Positions 38,582 through 48,628 of a DNA stretch of 64,000 nucleotides are shown one piece after another. Made by a program: the position numbers and the translations under genes. Origin of the DNA: Elainellaceae cyanobacterium (GTDB taxonomy: Bacteria; Cyanobacteriota; Cyanobacteriia; CAKZMO01); the NCBI GenBank assembly GCA_050331115.1, contig JBHJHD010000040.1:3935-67934 (forward strand), given 5' to 3'. The notes beneath the pieces are model-generated. The model was not told the DNA's origin and did not search any database. It worked only from the letters and a program-made list of their open reading frames with translations. The number at the start of each line of letters is the position of its first letter. Within the stretch, counting starts at the first letter, position 1.

Positions 38582-39328
38582 TCAGGGGTTGCGATCGCCA
38601 ACGGGATGATGGAGGTAGTCAACGGTCACTACGGTGATATTGTCCCGGCCGCCGTTTCGCTTAGCGGCGTCGACGAGCGCGGTTAGGATCTTATCCTCAG
38701 GGCCGGCGCTCAGGTGCTTGGCAATCAGACTATCTGGGAGCTCTTCAGTCAGTCCATCGCTGCACAGCAGGAGGCGATCGCCCTTCTGCCAGTCAAACAG
38801 CAGTACGTCGGCGTCCTGCAGATCTTCTCTTCCCAGGCACTGGGACAAAATGTGCCGCCAGGGGTGCGCCCGTGCCTCTTCAACAGAAATATCGCCCATC
38901 TTCAAGGCCCGGGCAACCCAGGTGTGGTCCTCGGTCACCTGCTTAAGCTTGTGGTCGCGGAGGCGATAGAGACGGCAATCGCCGATATGGGCGCACCAGG
39001 CTTCGCCAGCCCGAAATAAAACGACTAAGGCCGTTGTCCCCATGTCCGAGCGCTCCGGATGGCTTGCCTGGTCTTCGAGAATGGCCTGATTGGCGCTGCG
39101 AATCGACAAATGCAAAAGCTCTTGCGAAGAGCGTTCAGCCCCCCAGTGGGCCTCGAGATAGCTTTGGATAACGGCGGTTGCGATGCGGCTCGCCTCTTGT
39201 CCACCCGCATGCCCTCCCATACCGTCGGCGACGATGCAAAACCGCTGCTGTGGGTCGATATAGTAGGTGTCTTGGTTGTCCGAACGCACAAGTCCGGGGT
39301 CACTCAGCCCTCTAAACAGGCATTCCAT
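38582..39328 (-). CDS. PP2C-family Ser/Thr phosphatase
   Basis: DNQDTYY, VADGMGGHAGGQEAS and CSDGL motifs. It starts 2 bp after the ABC1 kinase stop. Confidence 0.9.
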   Translation of the reverse strand: MECLFRGLSDPGLVRSDNQDTYYIDPQQRFCIVADGMGGHAGGQEASRIATAVIQSYLEAHWGAERSSQELLHLSIRSANQAILEDQASHPERSDMGTTALVVLFRAGEAWCAHIGDCRLYRLRDHKLKQVTEDHTWVARALKMGDISVEEARAHPWRHILSQCLGREDLQDADVLLFDWQKGDRLLLCSDGLTEELPDSLIAKHLSAGPEDKILTALVDAAKRNGGRDNITVVTVDYLHHPVGDRNP

Positions 39329-39330
39329 AG

Positions 39331-41133
39331 CTACGGCATGCGGTCGTATCGGTTTAAACTCATCATCAGGCGGACCAGCGCCACCCCGGCTGCAAGGCTA
39401 GCCAAGCCGGCTAGGCACGCTAGGAGTACATAACCACTAACTAGCAGAATAGTAGCAGACAGGACAAACGCCACCACAAGCAGCGTGTAGTTCGTTCCCA
39501 TGTTGACGCCGCTGAGTCGCCGCAGTGCCCGGTCTGTCTCAATCGATCTCACTCGGATGCGTAGGTCGCCGCGGTCGAGCTTTCCAATTGTGTTGTCTAT
39601 TCGCTGCGGCAGACCGAGGGCCGTGGTGCTGACCTGGGCTGCCTGACGGCTAATCTCGTTCAAAAGTCCGTTAGAGGACGACGGAGTTTCGTTAGTCATA
39701 AGCTCTAGCGCGAAAGGACGCGCCACCTCCATAAAGTTAAAGTCCGGGTCAAGCCCCTTGCCCACCCCTTCTAGGGTAGAAAACGCCCGCATGACAAAGG
39801 TAAAGGTCGCCGGGAAGCGAAACGGCTGATCGTAGGCAATTTCGTAGAGGTCGTCGCTGATGGTGCTAATGGAGTGGGCCTCGAAAGGCTTGTCCATGAA
39901 GTTGTCCAGCATGAACTGAACCGAGCGCCGCACCGGACCCATGTCCTCAGCGGGCGCTAGGGCTCCCAGCTCAACTAGGGAGGTGACCACCCTGTCGGCG
40001 TCCTTCTGGGCAACGCCAAAAAACGTATCCATCAGGCGATCGCGGGTAATCGCCTTGATCTGGCCCATCATTCCAAAGTCGTAAAAGATCAGCGACCCGT
40101 CTGGGCTAACCGCTAGATTTCCGGGGTGGGGGTCGGCGTGGAAGAAGCCGTCCCGCAGCAGCTGGTGTAGATAGGCCTCTGCCCCGAGACGAGCCAGCTC
40201 TTTACGGTCTAGGCCAGCGGCGTCCAGCGCTTCATGGTGGCTAATCTTGATGCCGGGCATATACTCTAGCGTCAGCACCCGGGGCGAGGCGTAGCGCCAA
40301 TAGACCCGGGGGACCTTGGCCCAATCCTGCTCTCTAAAGTTGCGGCGGAACGTGTCGGCGTTGCGGCCTTCGTTGAGGTATTCGATCTCCTCCCAAAGGA
40401 TGCGGCAGCACTCTCCGTAGATGCCCATCCAGTCGCGGCCCCGCCCCCACTCGGGATGCTGCTGGAAGTAGCGGGCGATGCCCTTGAGAATCTGCAGATC
40501 GATCTCGAACAGCCTCTTCAGGCCGGGGCGCTGAATCTTGACGACCACGTCCTCCCCTGAGTGGAGCTGCGCCCGGTGCACCTGACCTAGGCTGGCAGCC
40601 GCCAGTGGAATCGGATCGAAGCTGGCGTATAGCTCAGAAATCGGGCGGCCAAAGTCGTCCTGGATAATCTGCTCAACCTGCTCGTAGTTGAAGGCTGGCA
40701 CCCTATCCTGCAGCTTGGATAACTCCTCCACGTACTCCGCCGGAAACAGGTCTGCCCGAGTTGAGAACAGCTGACCAATTTTGATGAAGGTTGGACCCAA
40801 GTCCAGCAGCATCTCTCGAATCCAAACGGCTAGCTTGCGCCGCCGCTGCGCCTTAGCTTCCTCAGTCACCGGCCCTGAATAGCTCCAGGCCTGCCGATAG
40901 CGCCAGCGGGCCGCGATCAGGCGTAGCACAAAGGACCAGATGTGAAAAAACCGCTCTGTCTTGGAGTAGCGATCGCGGCTCCAGCTGTAGGTCTTGCTGG
41001 GGGCTGCAGACATCTCATCTTTACTGAGCACAGAGCGCGTTAGGCGAGTCGAGATACCGCCTACGGGCTCAGACATTTCTGCTTCACTCTCAGGCGGATC
41101 GGGTAGTGTAGACGGGCTAGAGAGGAGGGACAC
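39331..41133 (-). CDS. ABC1/UbiB-family atypical kinase with C-terminal TM segments
   Basis: GPTFIKIGQLFSTRADLFP, AAASLGQVH and FHADPHPGN motifs. Confidence 0.9.
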   Translation of the reverse strand: MSLLSSPSTLPDPPESEAEMSEPVGGISTRLTRSVLSKDEMSAAPSKTYSWSRDRYSKTERFFHIWSFVLRLIAARWRYRQAWSYSGPVTEEAKAQRRRKLAVWIREMLLDLGPTFIKIGQLFSTRADLFPAEYVEELSKLQDRVPAFNYEQVEQIIQDDFGRPISELYASFDPIPLAAASLGQVHRAQLHSGEDVVVKIQRPGLKRLFEIDLQILKGIARYFQQHPEWGRGRDWMGIYGECCRILWEEIEYLNEGRNADTFRRNFREQDWAKVPRVYWRYASPRVLTLEYMPGIKISHHEALDAAGLDRKELARLGAEAYLHQLLRDGFFHADPHPGNLAVSPDGSLIFYDFGMMGQIKAITRDRLMDTFFGVAQKDADRVVTSLVELGALAPAEDMGPVRRSVQFMLDNFMDKPFEAHSISTISDDLYEIAYDQPFRFPATFTFVMRAFSTLEGVGKGLDPDFNFMEVARPFALELMTNETPSSSNGLLNEISRQAAQVSTTALGLPQRIDNTIGKLDRGDLRIRVRSIETDRALRRLSGVNMGTNYTLLVVAFVLSATILLVSGYVLLACLAGLASLAAGVALVRLMMSLNRYDRMP

Positions 41134-41278
41134 CTGTAAATCTCATTAAAAATAGGGACTTAGCGCAGACAGATAAATTAATGCTAATGTTAAAAGTCTT
41201 TAACAAAATTTAGCACAAATATAGGGGCGATCGCTAGCGCCTTTTCACGACGGGTGATACGTGTAGCAGAGCCGTAAA

Positions 41279-41629
41279 TTAATCTTGGGGTGTAGTGCGG
41301 TTGCGGTACCGCTGCAGTTCTGCCCGCAGTTGAGCCACCTCAGCCCGAACGTCGTCGATGGTGGCCTGCAGGTCGCTGGGTGAAGCGGTTGCTGGGCCGG
41401 CGGCTCCTGTAGACGATGCCGTGGCAGCGGTCTGCTGAGATGCCTGCTGCTCCTCGTATATAGCGCGCTCCATCACGCGCTCGCTGAATATCCGCAGATT
41501 TTCCCGCTGCTCAGCATCGAATCGGCCAATTTCGCTGAGCAGCTGCGTCACAGCCGCTTCGGCTTGCTCACCAATGGCCTCGGCTGCGGCTCGACCCACG
41601 AAGAAAGCGCGAACTAACGGATCGCTCAT
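41279..41629 (-). CDS. Hypothetical coiled-coil protein
   Basis: 116 aa starting MSDPLVRAFFVGRAAAEAIGEQ... No family confidently recognised. Confidence 0.5.
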   Translation of the reverse strand: MSDPLVRAFFVGRAAAEAIGEQAEAAVTQLLSEIGRFDAEQRENLRIFSERVMERAIYEEQQASQQTAATASSTGAAGPATASPSDLQATIDDVRAEVAQLRAELQRYRNRTTPQD

Positions 41630-41819
41630 AATGGTAACTAACTCTTAAGATGTACGTCTTGAGATTGCACAGGTTTGGCGCTCGCAAAGATTATAGCGCT
41701 CTCATATCTCCTCTGCGTCGACCATTTGATGGTCATTGCCGAGCCTCTCGACTTCCAGCACCACTCAATATGCCACTCAATACGAATAACGCGTCCAATC
41801 GACTGAGCAGGAGCGCTCC

Positions 41820-43043
41820 GTGCCAAAGTTTGCGCTAGGCAATTGGAAACTTAAGCTAGAGCAGATCGGGCTCAACCCGGCCTATAGCGGTTGGCTCGTC
41901 GCAGGGCTCGGCGCGTTTTTCTTCGCGGCGGCCACCAACACCCTGGCGGGCTGGCTCTATCTTATGAGCGGCGTGATGATCGCTATCCTGGCCATAGCCC
42001 TCGTGCTGGTGCGACGATCGCTGGATGGTTTGGCGGTAGAGCGATCGCCCTTAGCGCCAACGTCCGCAGGTACCCCGATCTCGATCGTGCTGACGGTGCA
42101 AAACCGCCGTCGTCAGCCGAGCTGGCCGATGCAGGTGATTGACGCTTGGCCTTCGCCTTTGGGGCCTTCCGCCACAGCGGCAATGGGGCCTATTCAGGGC
42201 TACGGCAGCGTTCGCTGTACCTACCAGACGACTGCCAGTAGAGGGCTCTACCGCTGGCAGCACGCGGCGCTGAGAACCGCTGCCCCGCTGGGGCTAATTT
42301 GGTACCGCCGCCGCTATTCCTGTCCGGCCCGACTGATCGTCTATCCCAAAATCATTCCCCTAGCGCGCTGCCCGGCCTTAGATAATTTGGCCAGCCTCGA
42401 CCGGCGAGAGCAGATGACGCATCGACAGCGGCGCACCCGCCTCGACACCACGGGAACCATGCGATCGCTCCGCCCCTACCGCTGGGGCGACCCCCTACGG
42501 CTCGTCCACTGGCGGTCGAGCGCTCGCTATGGGCAGCTGCGAACCCGAGAGATGGAAGACAGCTTTAGCCAGCGGCAGGTGACCGTGGCGCTCGACCAGT
42601 CAGACTGGCACTTAGATCACTTTGAGCAGGCGGTCACGGTCGCGGCCTCACTTCTGCAGTATGGCTTGGCTCACCAGATTGACGTTCACCTGTGGACCGC
42701 CCAGACCGGACGAGTCACGGGGTTCACCGCCATAATGACGGTGCTGGCTCAGACTCAAGCTGAGGCTTCTGCCCTTCAAAGCGAGACAAAGAAAGCCCGT
42801 CCGGCTGAGCTGCCAGGCGCTTATGTCGGCCTCACTGCCCAGCAGCCCCGCTTTTCGCAGCAGCGCTCGGCGGATATCGCGCTGGCCTGGATAGTTTGGC
42901 CGGCAGCGTCTTCTGGTTTGGCGTCTTCTGGTTCAGCGTCTTCTGTGGGCCGCTTTGCGGAGGCTTCCGAGCACGCCGCTTCAGCCCCAGTGCTGCAGAT
43001 TCAGCCGGACCAGCCGCTTCAGCCCCAGCTTCAGCGCGGGTAA
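41820..43043 (+). CDS. DUF58-domain protein
   Basis: N-terminal TM pair and the motif LRPYRWGDPLRLVHWRSSARYGQLRTRE. GTG start. Confidence 0.75.
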   Translation: MPKFALGNWKLKLEQIGLNPAYSGWLVAGLGAFFFAAATNTLAGWLYLMSGVMIAILAIALVLVRRSLDGLAVERSPLAPTSAGTPISIVLTVQNRRRQPSWPMQVIDAWPSPLGPSATAAMGPIQGYGSVRCTYQTTASRGLYRWQHAALRTAAPLGLIWYRRRYSCPARLIVYPKIIPLARCPALDNLASLDRREQMTHRQRRTRLDTTGTMRSLRPYRWGDPLRLVHWRSSARYGQLRTREMEDSFSQRQVTVALDQSDWHLDHFEQAVTVAASLLQYGLAHQIDVHLWTAQTGRVTGFTAIMTVLAQTQAEASALQSETKKARPAELPGAYVGLTAQQPRFSQQRSADIALAWIVWPAASSGLASSGSASSVGRFAEASEHAASAPVLQIQPDQPLQPQLQRG

Positions 43044-43095
43044 TATTGCGTTGGCCCAGCTGCTTAGTACAATTGCCTCAAAAAAGGAGTAGACG

Positions 43096-43512
43096 ATGGA
43101 AAAGGCCACTCAGGAGCTCAATCGCGGCATTGACCAGTTCAACCGGGGCGAGTTTTATGCCTGCCACGATACCCTAGAGGCGATCTGGATGGAGGCCAGC
43201 GACCCAGACCGCTCTTTCTTCCAGGGTATTTTGCAAATTGCGGTCGGGCTTTACCATCTGACGCACCACAACTGGCAGGGAGCGGTCACCCTATTGGGCA
43301 ACGGCATCAACCGCCTCCGGCCCTACAGACCAAGCTATGGCGGCGTCGATGTCGAGCATCTGCTGGGATGGAGCGGGGCGCTGCTGCGATCGCTGCAGGT
43401 GGCGGGTCCAGAGGCGGTGGCTGAGCACCTGCCGACGGCCCGGCAGGGAGGCATGGACGTGAATGGAAAAAATTACAGCATTCGCAGAGCGGCCTGCTCC
43501 GAGCTGCCCTAA
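43096..43512 (+). CDS. DUF309-domain protein
   Basis: FNRGEFYACHDTLEAIWMEA...FFQGILQIAVGLYHLTHHNWQGA. Confidence 0.75.
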   Translation: MEKATQELNRGIDQFNRGEFYACHDTLEAIWMEASDPDRSFFQGILQIAVGLYHLTHHNWQGAVTLLGNGINRLRPYRPSYGGVDVEHLLGWSGALLRSLQVAGPEAVAEHLPTARQGGMDVNGKNYSIRRAACSELP

Positions 43513-43693
43513 TCTATTTGCCCTAACTATCTGTGCCTAAGTCCGAATCTGTCTTAAAACAATATTCTGACGCTTCACTACCGCCCCTCAACCAGTCGGC
43601 AGACTGTCTGAAGGCCGTTGCGAAACCCAATCGATCGTCAGTATGCTTAGGATACCTCGACAGTTCTCGCACCTCTTTACCGCAGAAATATCT

Positions 43694-44242
43694 ATGCTGT
43701 TCTCTCGTCACGCCATTGATTTTAGGAAAACAGCTTCTAGGAAAACAGCCTCTAGGAAAGCGGCCTGGCTCGCTGCGGGAGCTGCGATGATCGCGGGTGC
43801 GATCGCCCCCCTCATAAACGCCCCCTTCACAGACGTCAGCGCGATCGCCCAGAGCGCCCAAAGTCGCCAGCCGATCACCCTACTCTCCGACGTGCAGGAG
43901 GCTAACGCGCAGACGGGCGTCGTCACCGCCCGAGGCAACGTGCAGATTTTCTATCCGGCCCGCGATATGCAGGCTACTTCGGCCCAGGCCCAGTACTATA
44001 GCCAAGAAGGGCGCATCGTGCTGACGGGCGATGTCTACGTGCTGCAGGACGGTAACAGCATTCAGGGTGAGAGAATCACCTATCTGGTGAATGAGGGCCG
44101 CTTCGTTGCGGTTCCTGATTCTGGGGAGCAGGTGCAGTCGGTCTATCTAATTCCCACTGATGACGAGGCTGGCCCGGTCAGCGCCCCCGCGGCTGACTTT
44201 AACCCCAAGCCTGAATTCAAAGAGCCGGTGAGCACGCCCTAG
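43694..44242 (+). CDS. LptA/OstA-like periplasmic LPS-transport protein
   Basis: OstA-like beta-jellyroll pattern (ANAQTGVVTARGNVQIFYP...IVLTGDVYVLQDGNSIQGERITY). It lies upstream of lptB. ATG 43694 is preferred. Confidence 0.7.
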   Translation: MLFSRHAIDFRKTASRKTASRKAAWLAAGAAMIAGAIAPLINAPFTDVSAIAQSAQSRQPITLLSDVQEANAQTGVVTARGNVQIFYPARDMQATSAQAQYYSQEGRIVLTGDVYVLQDGNSIQGERITYLVNEGRFVAVPDSGEQVQSVYLIPTDDEAGPVSAPAADFNPKPEFKEPVSTP

Positions 44243-44357
44243 ACAATCGCCGCCTGCTTACGGCTCTCTCCACTTTGATAGGATGGGTGACAAGCTCATT
44301 TTTCATTAAGCGAAAATGAATTGAGCAATTTGCCTTTGCGTTTGGGAGACCGCAGCT

Positions 44358-45089
44358 GTGAAACTCAGGCTCGAGAATATTCGCAAGTCCTATGGAAAGC
44401 GGCAGGTCGTCAACCGAGTCAGCCTCTCCGTGGTCCAAGGTGAAGTCGTGGGTCTGCTCGGCCCTAATGGTGCCGGTAAGACCACCACCTTTTATATCGC
44501 CACGGGTTTAGAGCGTCCCAACAGCGGTAAAGTGTGGCTCAACGAGCTAGAGATCACCGATCTTCCCATCCATCAGCGAGCCCGGCTCGGCGTCGGATAC
44601 CTGGCCCAAGAGCCCAGCATTTTCCGGCACCTGAGCGTGGAGGACAATATTTTGCTGGTGCTTCAGCAGGCCGGGATAGCACCCGCTGAGCGTGAGAAGC
44701 GGCTGCGAAGTTTGCTCGAAGAGTTTCGCCTAGAAACCGTAGCCCAGACCGCTGGCGGCCAGATCTCGGGGGGAGAGCGCCGGCGAACGGAGCTAGCCCG
44801 GGCCCTAGCCGCAGGCCCCAACGGCCCCAACTTTCTGCTGCTGGATGAGCCTTTTACCGGCGTCGACCCCATTGCAGTGAGCGAAATTCAGGACATCCTC
44901 TCACAGCTTTGCAAGAATCAGGGCGTCGGCATCTTAATCACAGACCACAACGTGCGAGAGACCCTATCTATTACTGATAGGGCCTACATCATGCGGGAGG
45001 GTGAGACGCTGGCGGGGGGAAGTGCCGAGGAGCTCTACAGCAACCCCTTAGTCCGTCAGTATTATCTGGGCAGCGGCTTTCAACCTTGA
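44358..45089 (+). CDS. lptB: LPS export ABC transporter ATP-binding protein LptB
   Basis: GLLGPNGAGKTTTFY, LSGGERRR and LLLDEPF motifs. GTG start. Confidence 0.85.
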   Translation: MKLRLENIRKSYGKRQVVNRVSLSVVQGEVVGLLGPNGAGKTTTFYIATGLERPNSGKVWLNELEITDLPIHQRARLGVGYLAQEPSIFRHLSVEDNILLVLQQAGIAPAEREKRLRSLLEEFRLETVAQTAGGQISGGERRRTELARALAAGPNGPNFLLLDEPFTGVDPIAVSEIQDILSQLCKNQGVGILITDHNVRETLSITDRAYIMREGETLAGGSAEELYSNPLVRQYYLGSGFQP

Positions 45090-45217
45090 TCGCGCTCTAA
45101 GCTATCATCGACTCGACGAGCCGTTTAGATACCCTGCGCTTTTATGGACTGCCGTTCGGCCCGCTCTTTTCGCTTCCCTTTCAATCCGTCACATTAAGGC
45201 TATTCTGCAGTAACTCT

Positions 45218-46402
45218 ATGGCAACAGGCGTTTCCCCTTCCCCGGTCAACAGCGCTGGCGATCGCCAGTGGCGCTTCGGCCCCGCTGTAATTGACCGCTA
45301 CATCTTCACCGAGCTAATCTTCCCGTTCCTGTTTGGCGTCGGGGCCTTTTCCTCTTTGGGGGTGTCGGTAGGGGCGCTGTTTGACCTGATTCGCCGCGTC
45401 TCTGAGTACGACCTGTCGATAGCGGGCGCGTTCGAGATTGTGCTGCTCAAGATGCCGGAGTTTGTATCTTATTCCTTCCCGATGTCGATCCTGCTGGCGA
45501 CGTTGATGACCTACAGCCGCCTGTCTAGCGATAGCGAGCTGATCGCCATGAAGAGCTGCGGCATCAGCATCTACCGCATTCTCATGCCGGCGATCGCTCT
45601 GAGTCTGCTGGTTACGGGCTTAAACTTCGCCTTCAACGAAGTGATCGTTCCCGCTAGCAACTACCGGGCCTCGACGCGGCTAGAGCAAATTACGGGAGAA
45701 GAGCGCTGGGCAGCTTTTCAAGAGGAGAACATTCTCTATCAGGAGTACCAGGACATCATTGGGGACGGCAAGGATGAAGTGCTGACCCGCCTATTCTACG
45801 CACGGCGCTTTGATGGGAATCAGATGTATGGACTCACCGTTCTAGACTTCACCCAGGAGCGCCTCAACCAGGTCGTCAGCGCTGAATCTGCATTGTGGAA
45901 TCGCCCCCAGCAGACCTGGGATTTTTTCGATGGAACCATCTACCTAATTTCTGAAGACGGCTCCTACAGCAACATTCTTCGCTTCAATCAGCAGCAGATC
46001 AAGCTGCCGCGAACGCCGCTCGATATTGCCTCAAGCAAGCGGCGCGACCCCAACGAGATGAACCTGCAGGAGTCCTGGGAGCAGGTGAAGCTGCTGCGCC
46101 AGAAGGGGAGCCAGGTGCGCATCCGGCGGCTGCTGATTCGCATTCACGAGAAATACGCCCTCCCCTTCGCCTGTCTGGTATTTGGAGTGGTGGGGGCTGC
46201 GCTGGGGAGCCGCCTCAGCCGTACGGGACGCGGGGTGAGCTTTGCCATCAGCATTTTGATTATTTTCGGCTACTATCTGATTTACTCCATCTGCAGCGCC
46301 ATGACCTACGCAGATGTCTTTCCGCCAATTGTGGGGGCGTGGTTGCCAAACCTGCTGGGGTTTGCCGTGGCGGGCTTTTTGATGATACGAGCGGCCAAGT
46401 AA
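45218..46402 (+). CDS. LptF/LptG-family permease (YjgP/YjgQ)
   Basis: 394 aa. IDRYIFTELIFPFLFGVGAFS N-terminus, six predicted hydrophobic segments and a central periplasmic domain. Confidence 0.8.
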   Translation: MATGVSPSPVNSAGDRQWRFGPAVIDRYIFTELIFPFLFGVGAFSSLGVSVGALFDLIRRVSEYDLSIAGAFEIVLLKMPEFVSYSFPMSILLATLMTYSRLSSDSELIAMKSCGISIYRILMPAIALSLLVTGLNFAFNEVIVPASNYRASTRLEQITGEERWAAFQEENILYQEYQDIIGDGKDEVLTRLFYARRFDGNQMYGLTVLDFTQERLNQVVSAESALWNRPQQTWDFFDGTIYLISEDGSYSNILRFNQQQIKLPRTPLDIASSKRRDPNEMNLQESWEQVKLLRQKGSQVRIRRLLIRIHEKYALPFACLVFGVVGAALGSRLSRTGRGVSFAISILIIFGYYLIYSICSAMTYADVFPPIVGAWLPNLLGFAVAGFLMIRAAK

Positions 46403-46410
46403 CCCTGGCG

Positions 46411-47043
46411 CTAGCCGCCCTCACCCCCAGCGGTAACCATGTGGACCAAGCCATCTACCATGCGATCGCGCTCCAGCGGCACAATATCGCTGCCGTTCAT
46501 GATGTTTTGAACAATGAGGTAGTGAACCAAGGATCCGGCAAAGATGCGCGCGGCCACCATGGGGTCGGGGAGATTGAGCTGCGGCTGGGATGCCAGATAT
46601 GCCGTAAGCCTCTCCAGCAGGGGTTTTTGAATATCTCGGACGAAAGTTTCTGCGAGGTGCGGAAACCGTTCAGACTCGCCGATGATCAGCCGCATCAGAG
46701 TTAGCAGCGGCTGATTACCGGAAAACTCCTCAAGGACAGAGGTGGCCATCTGCCGCAGCATTTGCTTGGGCTCAGCTTGGGCTTCTGGCGTCGTGGGTAA
46801 GCTAAACAAAATGCTGCTGCTGCGCTGCGTCAGCTTTTGAATGAGCGCCACAAATAGACCTTCTTTGTCTTGAAAGTAGCTATAGAGCGTCGGCTTAGAC
46901 ACGCCCGCCGCTGAAGCAATACGGTTCATGCTGGCGGCGGCGTAGCCATCGGCCATAAAGACCTGCAGAGCGCCCATCAAGATGGCCTCTGCTTTGTCGG
47001 ATCTATGCTTGCTTGACGGGTCAAATGCGGTGGATCTACTCAA
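46411..47043 (-). CDS. TetR/AcrR-family transcriptional regulator
   Basis: HTH region ILMGALQVFMADGYAAASMNRIASAAGVSKPTLYSYFQDKEGLF. TTG start. Confidence 0.85.
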   Translation of the reverse strand: MSRSTAFDPSSKHRSDKAEAILMGALQVFMADGYAAASMNRIASAAGVSKPTLYSYFQDKEGLFVALIQKLTQRSSSILFSLPTTPEAQAEPKQMLRQMATSVLEEFSGNQPLLTLMRLIIGESERFPHLAETFVRDIQKPLLERLTAYLASQPQLNLPDPMVAARIFAGSLVHYLIVQNIMNGSDIVPLERDRMVDGLVHMVTAGGEGG

Positions 47044-47131
47044 GGATTCAGGTTCAGTGGGGATGTCTAAGGGCTAGGTGAACTCTGCGCTATCGCTTTA
47101 TTGCGTGGGCTCTGCTGCGTGGGCGCTATCG

Positions 47132-47292
47132 CTTAGAGAATGTTTGAAAAGTATCGGTTAGCGCGTTGTCCCCCTGCTTCACCCCCCTCAATCCCCCCTT
47201 GCTAAGGAAGGAAACACGATATTTCCCCTTGGAAAGGGGGAGTTAGAGGGGGTAGTGCAGAACGTTTGCTACTTTTCAAACACGCTCTTAGG
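47132..47292. mobile_element. MITE-like element with ~20-bp terminal inverted repeats
   Basis: The left end cttagagaatgtttgaaaagta pairs with the right end tacttttcaaacacgctcttag. The interior has C-run/G-run hairpins (ttccccttggaaaggggga). A related copy lies at 22874-23018. Confidence 0.7.
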
Positions 47293-47446
47293 ACAACAAA
47301 ATTGGCTAAAAGCCAAAAGCCTTGTATTTCGTGGCGGCAGACCATATTCATTCTATGCACAGATGTAATCTGACGCCTGCCCTTGAATTTTACCAAACGG
47401 TTTAGTAAAATTAAGGTGATGCTTTTCTCACGCTGAGAGCAAAGTT

Positions 47447-48628
47447 ATGACAAATGCGCTGAACGACATCTCATCTACTAAGCAACCCCACCGCTGGGTG
47501 GCGTTAGGGGCCGCCCTATGTCTGAGTGGGGCGGCGCTCTGGGGCGTTACGCAGCTTAAGCCTGCCCAAGTCGAAGCTCCGGCAGAGACCGCTCCGGCCG
47601 CGCCGCGAACTGTGACGGCCCTGGGGCGGCTAGAGCCTGCAGGAGAGGTCATCAACTTGACGGCCCCCACCTCCACCCAGGAGAGTCGCGTGGCGGCGCT
47701 GCGGATCAGCGAGGGCGATCGCGTGGCGGCGGGGCAAATTATCGCCGTTTTGGACAATCGCGATCGCCTCGAGGCGGTCCTGCGGCAGGCCCAGGAGCAA
47801 ATGCAGGTCGCCCAAGCCCAGCTCGCCCAGGTGGAGGCGGGCGCTAAAACCGGCGAGGTCCAGGCGCAGCGGTCTGAGGTGGCTCGCCTTGAGGCTGACC
47901 TGGTGGGTAACGTGAATACCCAGCGGGCCACCATTGCCCGTCTGGAGGCGGAGGTTGAAAACGCCCGCGTCGAATACCAGCGGTACGAGTCGCTAGCGGA
48001 GGAGGGGGCTGTTTCCGCCTCCGAGCGCGATGCGAAACAGCTCACCTACCGCACGGCACAGCGGCAGCTTCAGGAAGCCCAAGCAGCGCTGGCGCGCACC
48101 CGAGCGGCGGGGCAGGCGCAGGTGGCCCAAGCCCGCGCCACTTTAGATCAGATCGCCGAAGTGCGGCCTGTCGATGTGGCGGCGGCGGCGGCCGAAGTGC
48201 GCTCAGCGCAGGCATCAGTGGCGGAGGTGAAGGCCCAGCTTGAGCAGACCCTAGTGCGATCGCCCCGAGACGGGCAGATTATCGAAATCTATACCTATCC
48301 GGGCGAGACCATTGCCGACGAAGGCCTCGCCGCTCTGGGGCAAACCCAGCAGATGATGGCGATCGCTGAGGTGTACCAAAACGATATCGCTGAGGTGGCG
48401 GCGGGGCAGTCTGTAGAGATCACCTCGCCGGCAATTCCCCAAACCCTGCAAGGCACCGTGGAGCGCATTGGCCTGCAGGTGCAGCAGCAGCGAGTAGTGG
48501 ATGAAGACCCCGCCGCCAATATCGACGCCAGGGTTGTGGAGGTGCACATTGACCTTGACCCGGCCTCTAGCGAGGGAGCAGCGGGGCTCAGCAACCTGCA
48601 GATTACGGCCCAGATTCAGGTTGATTGA
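47447..48628 (+). CDS. devB: DevB-family membrane fusion protein (HlyD-like) of ABC exporter
   Basis: 393 aa. TM anchor, long Ala/Gln/Glu coiled coil and a beta-barrel C-terminus. Followed by DevC- and DevA-type genes. Confidence 0.8.
   Translation: MTNALNDISSTKQPHRWVALGAALCLSGAALWGVTQLKPAQVEAPAETAPAAPRTVTALGRLEPAGEVINLTAPTSTQESRVAALRISEGDRVAAGQIIAVLDNRDRLEAVLRQAQEQMQVAQAQLAQVEAGAKTGEVQAQRSEVARLEADLVGNVNTQRATIARLEAEVENARVEYQRYESLAEEGAVSASERDAKQLTYRTAQRQLQEAQAALARTRAAGQAQVAQARATLDQIAEVRPVDVAAAAAEVRSAQASVAEVKAQLEQTLVRSPRDGQIIEIYTYPGETIADEGLAALGQTQQMMAIAEVYQNDIAEVAAGQSVEITSPAIPQTLQGTVERIGLQVQQQRVVDEDPAANIDARVVEVHIDLDPASSEGAAGLSNLQITAQIQVD

Noticed and set aside
47428-48045. 205-aa ORF antisense to devB
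   Set aside because: It has an Ala/Ser/Arg-rich low-complexity translation opposite the coiled-coil region of a well-supported DevB/HlyD gene.
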